Assembly: GCF_006345805.1 (NCBI RefSeq)
Contig: NC_043002.1
Coordinates: 110,298,001 to 110,362,000, forward strand
Direction of reading: 5' to 3'
Origin: Octopus sinensis
Taxonomy: Eukaryota
DNA: 64,000 nt
This document shows positions 12,985 through 27,030 of the stretch, in pieces. The notes beneath the pieces are model-generated. The model was not told the DNA's origin, searched no databases, and saw nothing but the letters and a program-made list of their open reading frames with translations. A program made the position numbers and the translations under genes. Each line of letters starts with the position of its first letter. Position 1 is the first letter of the stretch.

Positions 12985-12985
12985 T

Positions 12986-13055
<70 letters not shown>

Positions 13056-13068
13056 GTATATATATATG

Positions 13069-13144
<76 letters not shown>

Positions 13145-13183
13145 CATATATAATATATATATATATATTATATATATATATAC

Positions 13184-13274
<91 letters not shown>

Positions 13275-13326
13275 ATATATATATATATTATATATATATA
13301 TATACATATATATATACATATATATT

Positions 13327-13362
<36 letters not shown>

Positions 13363-13366
13363 ATAT

Positions 13367-13404
<38 letters not shown>

Positions 13405-13405
13405 G
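12985..13405. repeat. Compound (TA)n microsatellite ending in (CA)n/(TA)n
   Basis: Read directly from the sequence. Confidence 0.95.
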
Positions 13406-14576
13406 CATATATGCGACTGGTTGTATGGTTCTATAGGCCTATATGCATGTGTGAATGGATGGGTCTACACAAATATGTACAATATTTTGTCCTGTTTACT
13501 CAGTACTTAAAAATATTAAATGTGGTTCCCTACCCATCTATATTACTTCATTTCAAGTGAATATCATATAAATTCATGCAGACGTATTTATGTGTGTGCA
13601 TCTTAGTAAATATGTAAATGTAAACATTTTCAGTGTATATGACGATTTTGTCAATAAAGCTGACTGTTATTTCAGTGACAATAGAACATAATGAGCTAAT
13701 GTAGTTTTTAAAGAAATATTTCCTTTCAATTTCAATAGAAAGCTTTGTTGACTGTTAGCAAGCACAATGTCTTTTGTATTGCATTTAAAATAACACAAGA
13801 AAGTATTCAAGTGGCAGTTATTTGAAATGTAAAAATATCATTATCTTTCCATGGAAAAGGCATGGGAAAATGTAGAGACAAGTTACTTTAATGGGGATAC
13901 TAATAACAGCTCTCAGGTAGAAAGAGTGGCGTCCAACTTGAGCAAGTATAGCATCTCAACAATTGGAAGATAAATGCACTCTGTAGCATGGTTGTTCTTC
14001 TAGCCTTTACTCTTGACAAAAAAAAAGGAAATGATTCATATAATTTCATTAAAAATATTTTCCTTAAAAAATATTACACATTTAAATGTCATATCTAATT
14101 TTTTATTTGGTTGAAATGTTTGGCTTATTCATTTTCTGATGAAAAAAAAACTCTTTGCTTTGTAACCAAGACGATAAGTAAATCTTTATACAATCACTCA
14201 TTCTACTAGAAGTAACATTTAAATCTCTTTCAAATCACTGTGTAGTCACAGATGCAAAAAATGGGATAGGAGGATTACAGTTAGAATATGTTTAATCATA
14301 GTTTTGATTGTTCTCTAGTGCTGACCTGAGGCTGAATATCAAAAACAAGAATAACAAAAACAACACAAATAGCAACAGTAACAATTACAACAACAACAAC
14401 TCTGTTTTTTTTTCTTATTGTATAAACTACAGATAAACAAAAGCCCAAGGACGTGAACCATGTTATTCTTGAAAATGGACTAAATTCGAACATAGATCTA
14501 GACTTGGCCATCAATGTGACAGTGCTAACAATAACAACAACGACGACAATGATAATAGTCACTGAGTTAGGCACAT

Positions 14577-14805
14577 ACTCTTTTACTCTCTGTTACTTGT
14601 TTCAGTCATTTGACTGTGGCCATGCTGGAGCACTGCCTTTAATCGAGCAACTCGACCCCAGGACTTATTCTTTTGTAAGCCCAGTACTTATTCTATCGGT
14701 CTCTTTTGCCGAACCACTAAGTTACGGGGACATAAACACACCAGCATCGGTTGTCAAGCAATGCTAGGGGGACAAACACGGACACACAAACACACACACA
14801 TAAAC

Positions 14806-14836
<31 letters not shown>

Positions 14837-14995
14837 TATACAACAGGCTTCTTTCAGTTTCCATCTATCAAATCCACTCACAAGGCATTGGTCGGCCCGG
14901 GGCTATAGCAGAAGACACTTGCCCAAGATGCCACGCAGTGGGACTGAACCCAGAAGCATGTGGCTGGTTAGCAAGCTACTTACCACACAGCCACT
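14577..14995 (-). mobile_element. SINE family C
   Basis: Colinear with other copies. Confidence 0.9.
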
Positions 14996-15225
14996 CAATT
15001 TTTCACTTTGTACTCTCCTGGATTAGCTCCTGAAGCACAGAAATTCACTTCTGTCTCAAAAAATTCTCCTAACTACATTTTTTTTCTAGGAATAATGATG
15101 AGTTAAAAAATTCTGTTTGTTCATTTTTTGCATGTATTCAAACAATAATTTCATTTAGTAATGTTTTAATAAATCATGTCTCAGAAAGAAAGGGCAAACC
15201 ATGTTTTCACACTAAGAGAATCAAA

Positions 15226-15236
15226 TAATAATGATA

Positions 15237-15282
<46 letters not shown>

Positions 15283-15305
15283 CGATGATGATGATGATGA
15301 TGATA

Positions 15306-15343
<38 letters not shown>

Positions 15344-15383
15344 AATGATGATGATGATGACGATGATGATGATGATGATGATA

Positions 15384-15459
<76 letters not shown>

Positions 15460-15479
15460 CGACGACGATGATGATGATT
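15226..15479. repeat. (GAT)n microsatellite, about 85 units
   Basis: Read directly; occasional GAC and AAT variants. Confidence 0.95.
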
Positions 15480-16002
15480 TCTTTTAATCTAATAATAAGG
15501 ATTTTTGGCCATGAGATCCCATGATGGGGCAGTATGAGGATGAAGTACAAAGCAATGAGGATTGAGATCCATAAAAATAAAAGTGAAATTTTTAAAAAAA
15601 TAGATAACAATGTCAACAAGAAATTATTCCCAACTCACAATTAAAATGCAATTAATTGACTTCCGACCAATCACATTGCTTAGTTTGTGGAGTTTAGTAA
15701 ATGCCTGGCAACATAAAATGGTTGATGTTAAACATTCCACCTTAGTCTACACTTGACTCAGGACTGCAGCTTGGTTCATCATAGTATTTCAAGAACCCCT
15801 GCTGGTGCATCAATCTTGGAGCATGCATATACATCATCAGCCAGTAGCATCCCGAGACCCACATAAAGGGGTTGCTGGTATTCAGTAGATGTCCTGACTA
15901 AAAAGTGAAAGAGTATACATTCCTAACTGGTCAGGTGTTTCTTGGTAAAAGCATAACTGTCAGGCAATAGTTTCTTTTCTGAGTGAGGTTGTCTAACACA
16001 CT

Positions 16003-16415
16003 TACTCTTTACTCTCTTTTACTCTTTTACTTGTTTCAGTCATTTGACTGCGGCCATGCTGGAGCACCGCCTTTAGTCAAGCAACTCGACCCCGGGACTT
16101 ATTCTTTTTGTAAGCCCAGTACTTATTCTATCGGTCTCTTTTGCTGAACCGCTAAGTAACGGGGACGTAAACACACCAGCATCGGTTGTCAAGCAATGCT
16201 AGGGAGACAAACACAGACACACAAACACACACACACATATATACATATATACGATGGGCTTCTTTCAGTTTCCGTCTACCAAATCCACTCACAAGGCTTT
16301 GGTCGGCCCGAGGCTATAGTAGAAGACACTTGCCCAAGGTGCCACACAGTGGGACTGAACCCAGAACCATGTGGTTGGTAAACAAGCTACTTACCACACA
16401 GCCACTCCTGCGCCT
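16003..16415 (-). mobile_element. SINE family C
   Basis: Colinear with other copies. Confidence 0.9.
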
Positions 16416-16444
16416 TTTCTCTACTTGTGGCCTTTTCTCATATT

Positions 16445-16780
16445 TTCTCTACACGGAGGCCTGGTCCCACCCAGATCCTGAGCACCTTAACCAAATTCTC
16501 TACTCAAATTCAGCAACAGAAACTACCATTAGCTGATATTGACTTAGTTTTCCAGGTTCCAAATTGCAAACCCTCCAACTTGTCCCTTTTGATGAAAGCT
16601 TCTGTAATCAAGTACTCTTCTAAGATATGATGTTGATTATCATGATTTCTGAACTGTCTAACACTGTGTTACCTGCCTATGCAGACACAGCTCTACTATG
16701 TCCACTTTTAAGTCAGATCTCCTCTCCAGAACATTGGCTCTCTGGAATTCCCTCTCTGCCCATGTCTTTCTTGTAGGGTT
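16445..16780 (-). mobile_element. Possible Tx1/L1-like RT fragment, heavily decayed
   Basis: Minus-strand KRDKLEGLQFGTWKTKS...LVKVLRIWVGP resembles the Tx1-like region ending in GVWFGP. Confidence 0.4.
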
Positions 16781-19086
16781 TGGCTTACAATAATTTGAGC
16801 AAAATATTAATTGTATCAATTTCACTGAACTTTAAGGATGGCTGAAGACAATAGGCACTGCTCCTTTCTTCAGATCCAGCAGGCAAAAGAAAAGAAGGAT
16901 GTCATTTTTAGGAAATGTAGTTTACATGGATATGAACAGTAAAACAGGCCACAGGCATGAAATATGCTTGAAAATGTGATATGAACTGAAAAAGAAAATG
17001 TTAATGGCACAATCCAACAAAGGAGCTTCATGAAGTTACCTCATTTTCCAATATCAGAAGTAAATCTTTCTCATGCATCTGTGTACCATTGGAGGTAGGG
17101 TACATACTTTAGTCAGTTCATAATCTTAAATATAGGTTACGAATGGTTAAATTGAATGATTTGGCAATAGGCTTCCTCCATGCTAAAGGTCTGTTCAAGC
17201 AGAACTGACTTAATAAAATAATGTAATAAGTGAGGCTCTGTAACCATCACATTAGAAGTGGTAGTTTACTGACTGTATAAGTTCTGTATATTAGGTCAAT
17301 GAGAAAGAAAGTTGAGGATTAATGAAAATGTAGGGTGAGTGTGTCAAAAGTGATTATTAAACAAGTAATTAAAAATGATATGATATGCAAAAATTAAGAA
17401 ATAATAAATTGATATTCTGCTTACAAGGTTTGAGGACACACCATAAAGGCATTGTGAGGGCATCTCATTATCTTTACACCAAGTTTTGTTAATCTTTTGG
17501 TACAAGTATATGAACATTTTCTGAAAATGAAAATATATGTAATTAAAATTTTAAAAAATTGTTTTGAAGTATCTAATTAAAAATATTTTTGGAAGTTTTC
17601 AAAAAACTTTAATTAAATTCCTTATGTGCACCACACACTTAAAACATTAACATGGAAAGCAGCAACTTTTTTCTGAAGATCTACTTGTATTTTTTTTTTT
17701 TTTTGCTACATTTGCCCAGAGTTCACACACATATATATATATAATATCATACATATAATAATATCCTGGATATTCTCAAATTTCCATTGCTTGTAATGAA
17801 AAAAATTAAATTGTGACACAAAAACACCCCATCTAATGGATATCAAGGGCTCAATGGTCCTCAAATATATTAAATTTGAAAAATTTTCTGAAAAATCCAA
17901 GTTTCTTAGAGAACACTTCAGTGGTTTACTTATGAACTGCAACTCATCTATTGCTGATCCTTGCACTAAAACATGACTATTTTAACTTTAAATTTTTTAA
18001 CACTATTTTCAAAATGAGTGTATTAAGACTGAAAGTCACCAAACCCCCTTGGCAGAATTCTGTTTTACGCATGGCATTTAACCCCTCATAACCTTTTCAT
18101 TTTGGAATTTTCAGAAAATTTTTGCAAATTTATGTTCTATACATGTGAAATCATATGACTATGCAAAAGCCAAAAACAAAAAAAAATTTTGTTTGAATTA
18201 ATGGGTATTTAGCCGCTATTTTTAGCACATCTCACGTCCACATCATACCTTCCACATTTGTTTGTCACTCTGATGTATTGATGCTTTTTATTATCTTTCT
18301 TCCCATAATGGTCTATTGGTGGGATTTCAACCAAAAATTCGAACTGTCCATATTTTTAACTATGATTAAAAAAAAAGTTGGGAAAATCTTTTTGAAAACT
18401 TAAAAATAAAATTTAAAAGACAAATTTTTCTAAAGAATTTAAAAAAAAAACTTTTTTTGCAGTCATATGATTTCCTGTGTGTGGAACACAAATTCACAAA
18501 ATCCCCAAAATAAAAAAAGTTATCAGGAGTTATATAAGCAGAATCATACCCACAAGTTTTGCTGTTCTGAAACAAAAAAGGGTGGTGATGGTCGTGGTGG
18601 TGGTGGGGGATATAACTCACCCTTTTCTTTTTCTATTTTTTTCAAGTCAGCAAAAGTTGTGATATTTAGGGTTCGTAACTTAATTTTAATACATTTGGCA
18701 TGTTTTTGGAGCTTTCCTATGTTTATTTATGCATTCTTTAAATTTTATAGTCCTGCTATCACATTCCAACCCTCACAAAATTTATTTTCTGGCTGGAAAT
18801 TGCATCCATGTGTTTGGTGCTTCTTGCTTAATGTGCAATTTATTTTTACTTGTGTGATACTAAATTGTGAAAACACTAGAGTATTACCACCACCATTATT
18901 TGTTTTTATGTACATTTGTGGTAGTCTAATAAAATTCCACATGAATAGGGTCACTTTTACTTCATTTATCACTGTTGCCAAAACCTCCCATCTCTGCAAT
19001 AACTGTGTGGGAAAAATCATATAAATAAGATTTCAAATACCGTATATAACTTTCTAATACATTTTTCAACATTTAAGTTAATTTAA

Positions 19087-19305
19087 CCCTTTAGTATTTA
19101 AACCTGCCATATCCGGCCAAAATAGCTAATCTATTTTATGTTCAAACTGACCAGATCCAGGCTCTCACACCTACCCTACAATGTTATTCTACATTAAGTA
19201 ATTACACCATCAAGATCTTGAAGATATGAGACAATGCATAATTAATTCAAGTCAATGGGAATCAATAGGTATTATGTTTGATTCAATAATCTGAACACTA
19301 AAGGG
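19087..19305. mobile_element. piggyBac-type MITE
   Basis: TTAA|CCCTTTAGT ... ACTAAAGGG|TTAA (TTAA at 19083-19086 and 19306-19309); no ORF. Confidence 0.75.
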
Positions 19306-19454
19306 TTAAAAACTCACATACACAAGGTTGGAGATTCATAGTCAAGGTTTAGTACTTTTGAAAGGTATCCTAAAAATGCTGATGTCTACAAGATTTATGA
19401 CATCACAGCAGCCACTTCAATGCAAAAGCTAAAAGAACTTGCACTGGCTTACCA

Positions 19455-19700
19455 AAACACACCAGCATTGGTTGTCAAGCGATGGTGGTGGGGTGGGGGG
19501 TGGGGACAAACATGGACATACAAATACATACATATATACGATGGGATTCTTTCAGTTTCTGTCTACCAAATCCACTCACAAGGCTTTGGTCAGCCTGAGG
19601 CTATAGTAGAAGACACTTTCCCAAAGTGTCATGTAGTGGAACTGAACCCAGAACCATGTGGTTGGGAAGCAAGCTTCTTACCACAGACCTACACTTATGC
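19455..19700 (-). mobile_element. Partial, older SINE family C followed by TG/TA microsatellite
   Basis: Head and CORE-like half only. Confidence 0.8.
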
Positions 19701-20149
19701 CACATATGTATGTGTGTGTGTGTGTAAGTGTGTGTATGTATATATATATATATATATAATGTGTGTGTGTGTGTATATATGTATATAGATAGATACATAT
19801 GTATGTATATATAATGTGTGTGTGTGTGTATATATATATGTATATAGATAGATACATATGTATGTATATATATGTGCGTGTGTGTATATGTGCATACGTT
19901 TGAAGAGGAAAATATGAAGGAATGAATAAGAATACAGTAATATTGTGATATGTAGTCATTGCATGATTAGGTGGTTGTGCAATGTGTGTTACTAGGAACT
20001 TCTGCTCTGTTGACTATTATTATCAGTATTTGCTTCAGGAGCAATGAACTTGTCCAGAGTTGTTTTGATGTTTATTGCACAGAAGTAGAGATTTCTGTTC
20101 GAACTGAGCTCATTATGGACATCTCTTATAATTTTATATTACATTCACA

Positions 20150-20900
20150 ATTATGATTGTTATCAACAAAGACTTACCAACTTTCTTGTTTAAATGCCAA
20201 CCATTAAACCATATTCTTGCATTCACAGTAAGTGGAATGGGTGGAGTTTCTGTATCCTCTTTTTGTCCTGCAGCTTATACATATTTGAAATGGTATCATC
20301 TCATTAGACAAGGTTTTGAATGGGATTCAGGTATCTCAGCCATGTAATCTAAGGCTTCTTCAAACTATACATCATTTATTTGTCACAATATTTAGTTGAC
20401 CTTTATGCACTCTGCTAATGGAAAACCTGTGGTCAAGGATAGAGCCAGAACATGTTTTGTCAAACTCCATTCATTGCTAAGAGTTTCACTTATCCCATGG
20501 CTCAGCTATGCTATTTACTGCATCCATAATACTGTATTTTTTCAGTAGACTCTTAACTGTAGGTCTATCCCTATCATCAATTGCTTTTATGAGTTTTTTC
20601 AAAGACCTTCTCAAACTAAATGCATTGAAGTTAGGTCCTACACCTTGATTCATTGGCTAGAGCAAAGTGTGTTAGAGGATATATTCTACTCTTATTTTAC
20701 AAGAAAGATCACTTAAATTTATTGGATTGCTTGATGCATTGTTTAAAAGGAACAGCAATTTGCTGGAAATATAGCATCTAGCACTGTATCTTTCAGCAGC
20801 AAATCAAAAATGGCTGTCAATAAATCTTGGAAAAGGCTTGTAGTCATCAAAATCTATTTGATCACTGTTGTGTGGAAGTAGAACACCCCTATTTGGTTGG
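20150..20900 (-). mobile_element. pogo/Tigger transposase relic
   Basis: Minus-strand LLFLLNNASSNP (LDNAPxHP-like) and TLL*PMNQGV..LRRSLKKLIKAID..KKYSIMDAVNSIAEPW, typical of Tigger DDE C-terminal halves; many stops. Confidence 0.7.
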
Positions 20901-20999
20901 TTCCTAATGGACTGTGCCACAATATAATTGAACATGCGCAGAGGATGTGGAGAGAGTAAGTGAGCTGTGTAAAGCTGAGAGTTGCATATTACCAAGTGT

Positions 21000-23625
21000 A
21001 ATTACAAGTATTGTTTATCTTGAGCAGAATGATTTGCGAGGAAGTTATTTATTATCCCGTTATATTGTACGTTGAATGTGTGATACAACAGTGGTGATGA
21101 GGATTCAGATAATATTGCCACTGATGCCACATTGACGTCGAGGTTTCAAACAGTACTGAGGATTCGAACACTATTGAAACTGAAAATAGTACCGAAATGG
21201 AAGAGTTACTGAAAGCAGTCATAGAAAAACAAGAGCAGCAGCAGCAGCAACTACAGAAGCTAACAGAGTTATTACTGCAGTCGAGAAATACGACAGAATC
21301 ATTTTCAGCAGATGGTGTTGCAAATTCCATCGAAAAAATTTCACAACAATCCGGATGAAGGAACTACTTTTACTGCATAATACAGACGACACGAAGACAT
21401 ATTCCAAAAGGAATGCAAGGGATGGTCAAGTGAAAGGAAATTAAGGGTCCTTTTGTGAAAACTTGCCCCTCTGGAACATGAAAGTTTTTGTAACTTTATT
21501 TTGTCAAGAAAGAATTGTGTTTTGAAGAAACAATAGATATTTTGACTAATATTTTTGATGCAAAAAAGTCGCTGTTTAATATTCGGTGGGAATATTTAAA
21601 TTTAAAGAAGAATGAGTCCGTCGACTTTGTAACATATGCCGGTATTGTTAATAAGGCTTGTGAAAGGTTTAAGCTTGGAGAATTAATGCAAATTATGTTT
21701 AAGTGCCTAATATTCATTAAAGGGCTTGTGGTAATGGAAGACATGGAAATTAGAAAAAGAATATTATCAAAGTTGAATCAAGACGTTGAACTAACCTTGC
21801 AGAAAGTGGCTGAGGAATGCCAACAAATAATAAACCTTCAAGAAGATACAAGAAAAATAGAAGACAATAATAATAATAATAATTGTCTTGGTATAAAAGA
21901 TAGGCTACAGCAAATATTCTGCTCAATACCACAGATTTGCTTGTCAGTTGTTTGACCTTAACCAGTTGAGCATGTCCCTTAGTGGCTGACGATATGTGCA
22001 TCTCTGATCATGAGCAGAAGTAGTGGGGGAGCATCATAGCCATGTGTTGAAATGAATTCTTGGAGGTTTGTATAATTCAGCTTTGGAAAAATGGGTGGTT
22101 TGTTCAACATCCTTAAACAATCCTTATTCAGGGACCTTTTGAGCAGGATGGGCTACTCAACCAGAAGAAAATTCTAACTGGGCCCCACCTGCAAGTTCAT
22201 GCGCTGTTTATCTTGATATGAGATCACCATGTCGCGCACATATGGTTGTGATGCATGTGCCTGGTGTACACTTATCAGATGGGTAGTCATAAGGGGTATA
22301 CTGCGCTTCATATATTTTACCCCAGTGTCACTTTGATGGCATGAACTGCTCTCTCACTCAATAATAATAATAATGATAATGTACAAACGTGATTAAAGTA
22401 AAATGTAAAAAATGAGAAACCGAAGAATGTCTACTCAACAAAAATAAATTATATCATAGTAAACTGAAAATTTGTGTTGGTAAATATAAATGGTTTTCAG
22501 GGGAAAATACAGTTAGTTACCAGTTCAGACATCGTTAATTAATACAGCAACATGGATTAAGATAGGAAGGTTGTTATACAAAAAGACTACTGAGAGAGCT
22601 CACGATATATCAGGGGAATGAGATATCAGGGCAAAATTTCGCTAGAAATAAAACTTAAAGATATAATGTGGAAAAGTAAAATAATGGTATCTAAAAATAC
22701 AATGAATCTATTCGGTACAGATTTAATGGAAGAATTCGACCTGTGGGATCTACCATTGAATACATTATGTAATAAGGTGAATGACAGCCCATGTCAGATA
22801 ATACATTGGAAAAACTGAAATTAAAATTAAAGAAGATGTACCCTGATGTGTTCTCAAAGGAACTTGGAACATGTAAAAAAATCAAAGTAAAGTTTGAGTT
22901 GAAAGAAAATGCAGTGCTGGTGTTCAAACCAAAAAGGGATGTGCATTTTGCAGCATTAAACCAAGTTGAGAAGGAACTAAAAAGGTTGGAAGACATGGAG
23001 GTAATTGAAAAAGTAGACTACTCAGAGTAGGCGGTTCCTTCTGTATATATAAAAAAAAGAAAAACAACAAAATAAGAGTATTTGCAAACTTCTCATCAGG
23101 TCTTAATGATTGTTTAAAAAATTACAAGTATCTGCCTCTGAGGCCAGAAGAAATATTTGCAAGTGCAATGGTGGGAAAATTTTTCCAAGCTGGATTTGTC
23201 AGAGGCCTACCTCCGATTATTGATAGATGAGGAATGTGCTAAAGTATTAACAATTAATACTCATAAAGGTCTGTACCATTTCAAAAGACTGCCATTTGGG
23301 GTTAAGATCACACCAGCAATATTTCAGCAAGTGATGGACACTATGCTAGCAGACTGTGAGTTTGGATGACATATTGATCAAAAGTGAATTGAGGGACCAG
23401 CATATTGAACATACAAAAAATATATTTAAAAGAATAAGTGACTATGGATTTAAAGTAAGGGAAAATAAATGCAATTTTATTTTAACAAAAATAAAGTACT
23501 TGGGACAGGTGATTGATGAAAACAGATGAAAACTGGACCCTTCTAGGATCGGCGCAATAAAAAATATGCCTGCTCCCACTAACAAAACAACATTACAAGC
23601 ATTCTTAGATCTGGTAAGATAGTTT
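21000..23625 (+). mobile_element. Decayed Gypsy/Ty3 LTR retrotransposon (LTR end, PBS, gag, protease, RT), 3'-truncated
   Basis: ..TACAACA at 21090, then PBS-like TGGTGATGAGG (21092-21102). Gag ORF 21515-21955. RT pieces YPDVF..KELG, FSKLDLSEAYL, RLPFGVKITPAIFQQVMDTML, DDILI, KYLGQVID. Interrupted by family E. Confidence 0.9.
21884..22360 (+). mobile_element. Repeat family E inserted in the Gypsy relic, flanked by (AAT)n
   Basis: (AAT)n at 21866-21883 and from 22360; homologous to three other copies. Confidence 0.8.
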
Positions 23626-24769
23626 ACAAACATAAACCTATCCTTAATAGAGAAAGATCTTCAGCAAAGTTGTACCTCATTATAACTAGCAAGAAGTGGT
23701 TTTGGAAAACCCTCATCTGTATCACCAATCCTTAAGAGAAAAAGAAAATGGAAGTATTTTTTAACAAACATCCTCGATGCATCTACCAATATAACCAGGA
23801 GCTTCCTGACTTTCATTAGGCAGCATTTCCTTAGAACCTATAAATGCCATAAACTTTTTAATTCCATAATGTTATGATCAGCTATTCGTGCTTTGATAGC
23901 ATCAATTCCAGCATTACACACTATAATAGGAACAAATATCCTTCTACACAATTTCCATATTGTGTGACGATGGGACGACACTTGCTGTATGCCATCCTAC
24001 AAGGGCGTTGTAAGTTCTTGGTAAACCAGCATTGACTTAATTCATACTTGTAACTTCCAAAATCATACCAACTGTTCACTGGGAGAATTCTATCTCTCAA
24101 AATCTGTGGTCTGTAGAGTCACCCTCTCACTACACAATAGTATTACAAGACATCATATGAGCATGACAGCCAATAACTTTAGGGAAAGATACTTGCAGCA
24201 CATATCCTCCTTCTGATGTAGGGACAGGGAGTAATCCACCACCTTGTCCTGCTTCAGCTGGAGATTCCAGGATCACAGTTACACCTCAACCAACATCAAA
24301 GGAGAATGCTTGACAGGCCACACTTTATTTACCGATAATTCCCAACTCTAGCCCTGAGAAAGACAGCACATAATCCAAGAGCCTGTTGTATCCATTAATA
24401 GAAGGATAGGTATTTCAGATCATTGTTATAGGTGATATGTGCTTTTGATTTATTTCAAGTTATTGATACATAATAATCCTGTTACATCAACTTCGATTAA
24501 GCTATATTATGCATGCTACTTGTACAGAGAATATCACCCTCCATTTCTGCAGTTCTGGGGTTGCTGGCACAACAAATATTGTGCATCAATGATTGCATGA
24601 AGTTGATATTGTGTCTGCTTTTTAATCCATTATTTGCTCTCACTGAGTTATTACTACACCAACGTGATAATAACTGACCAGTGGGTTTAAAGTTTCCGCC
24701 AATGTAGCCAGGAGATTCCTGTCATTAAAAAACAATACTTATAAAGTTAAGTTATATGCTACGCCATGT

Positions 24770-25150
24770 GGAAGCACTCCGTCGGTTACGACGACGAGGG
24801 TTCCGGTTGATCCGATCAACGGAACAGCCTGCTCGTTAAATTAACGTGTAAGTGGCTGAGCACTCCACAGACACGTGTACCCTTAACGTAATTCTCGGGG
24901 ATATTCAGCGTGACACAGAGAGTGACAAGGCCGGCCCTTTGAAATACAGGTACAACAGAAACAGGAAGTAAGAGTGAGAGAAAGTTGTGGTGAAAGAGTA
25001 CAGCAGGGATCACCACCATCCCCTGCCGGAGCCTCGTGGAGCTTTTGGTGTTTTCGCTCAATAAACACTCACAACGCCCGGTCTGGGAATTGAAACCGCG
25101 ATCCTATGACCGTAAGTCCGCTGCCCTAACCACTGGGCCATTGCGCCTCC
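24770..25150 (-). mobile_element. SINE family A
   Basis: TSD GCTA(C/T)GCCATGT at 24758-24769 and 25154-25165. Confidence 0.9.
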
Positions 25151-25969
25151 ACAGCTATGCCATGTAAATACTCAACCACTGAAGAGTACTCATTAAAGGA
25201 TGCCAATAATTTCTTGAGTCTTTCATTTGCATCTTGGTATTTTTTGGCACTCTTGATATTTTGGCAGCCTGCTCTTATTTTTGCAATATTAATTTCTTGC
25301 AAGTCCTGTTCTCTTCTGAGAGCATCTACTAATTTCCATATTGTGTGATGATGGGACAACACTTGCTGTATGCCATCCTACAAGGGCGTTGTTAGTTCTT
25401 GGTAAACCAGCATTGACTTAATTTTTGCAAACAATTTTCTATAAGTGTCAGCCTTCTTATCTGGAAGTAAGGCACAAACTATCGGAATGGTAAAGTTATT
25501 ATTAACAGCATGTACTGTATATAATTGTTTAAATAGTTGAGGTATAGTTTTAAATGTTCCATCCACTTGTAAATGTTCACTTGATGCAAGTATACTCAAA
25601 TTATTCTGAGTCATGAAAATGAGCATTCTGTCACCGCCAGGGCCTGAATCATATAACAAAACTTGTTCCCCTTTATTAGTTTTTGTCTGTTTGTCAGTGT
25701 AGATAATTTCTCTTCTATGAATAGGATTAGCCAAGCTAGATCTCTCCTTTTGTCTTACACTGTGAATAGTCCTTTTATAGAGCTTATGGCTGGTAAAGAT
25801 TGTGTTAAGTTTTCACTTAACTGCAGGCCAACAGTGGAAATTATATAATGCGGGGAATCACGGGTTTCTTTAGCCTCTTGTTTTACTCAGTTTATATAAG
25901 TACGCACTTCAATGTTTACAGAATCACCTGAATGATTATGTTTATGAGAAACTTTAACCACTTCACTGT

Positions 25970-27030
25970 CATCATCATCATCATTGTTCAACCGTGGTCG
26001 AGACAATGGAATTTACTATGTTACACCAGACTTCATGGTCCATCATAGCATTAAGGAAGTTCTGTTGCTGATTGCCTGTATCCCTGGAGATTACATCAGA
26101 ATAGGAGAGTGTGCACCCTCTGGTATCGCAAGCAGATGGCTTCCAGAGGAGAAGAGTAGAAATTACCTCGTTTTCAGCTCTACAACAATGTCCAGCAAAC
26201 TGGACTCTTCTACCTTTCATAAGAGATGACACAGGTGGTAATTTCCCATATATTTGTACTTTGGTTGGATGATGCTTCCACGAGAGATTTTGAGCTCTCA
26301 TAAGGAGGTGAGTGTAAGTTCCATCCAACTGCCTCTCAAGCTTCTTTGATAACGTCCAGGTTTCTGAGCCATATAGTAGAATTGGTTCGACTGAGGCTTT
26401 GAAGATTTTAAGTTCAAAATCACTACTTAGATTTGATGACCAGATCTTATGCATATCTTTACAGGCTGACCAGGCCATACCCTTTCTAGTTAGAAAATCT
26501 TTTTCAGATGATGATATGTATGACCCAAGATATTTGTAATCAGAAACCATATTTAAGAGCGTATTGTTGAGAGTATGGATGATGAAATCACTGGTGAACA
26601 GGCACTTGTTTACATATTCAGTCTTGGACTCATTGAGGTAAAGACCTACACAATTTGAGGCTTGTTCAAGAGATTGTAAAAGAGACTGGGCATTGGAGAG
26701 AGAATCACTGATAAGAGCGATGTCGTCAGCAAAGTCAGTGTCTGTCAAGTATTCAGCTGGGTGTCTGGAACTTCTAGGTTTTATTTCAAAGCCCTTGCCA
26801 GAAATGGTATCAACTGACATACGTAGCACATAGTCAACGACAATAATGAAGAGAAATGGGGCAAGTGTGTCTCCCTGCAGTATTCCGGCTTTGATTGAGA
26901 AAGATGATGTTTCCCCATCAGGGGTTAAGATGATTGAAGACGTATCTGTGTAGAGGACCTTGATGGCAGAGATGATTTTGTCTGGAATCCCATAGAGCTT
27001 AAGGATTTCAAACATCTTGTACCTATGTAC
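25970..27030 (-). mobile_element. 5'-truncated RTE-type LINE (second family), open RT C-terminal half of 344 aa
   Basis: ORF 25981-27015 with GILQGDTLAPFLF, FADDIAL and YKYLGSYI; (GAT)n tail; possible 5-bp TSD ACTGT (25965-25969, 27035-27039). Confidence 0.9.

Noticed and set aside
14453-14767. 104-aa ORF MNHVILENG..
   Set aside because: Low-complexity (ACA)n-rich start running into SINE C; no domain or donor support.
12915-15619. ORFs rich in IY, poly-D, poly-M or poly-I
   Set aside because: Translations of (TA)n and (GAT)n microsatellites; similar artefacts occur at 19601-19959 and 58388-58940.
17400-19080. Possible DNA-transposon or MITE remnants (also 62040-62900)
   Set aside because: Only weak imperfect inverted similarity; no ends, TSD or coding motif that I could define.
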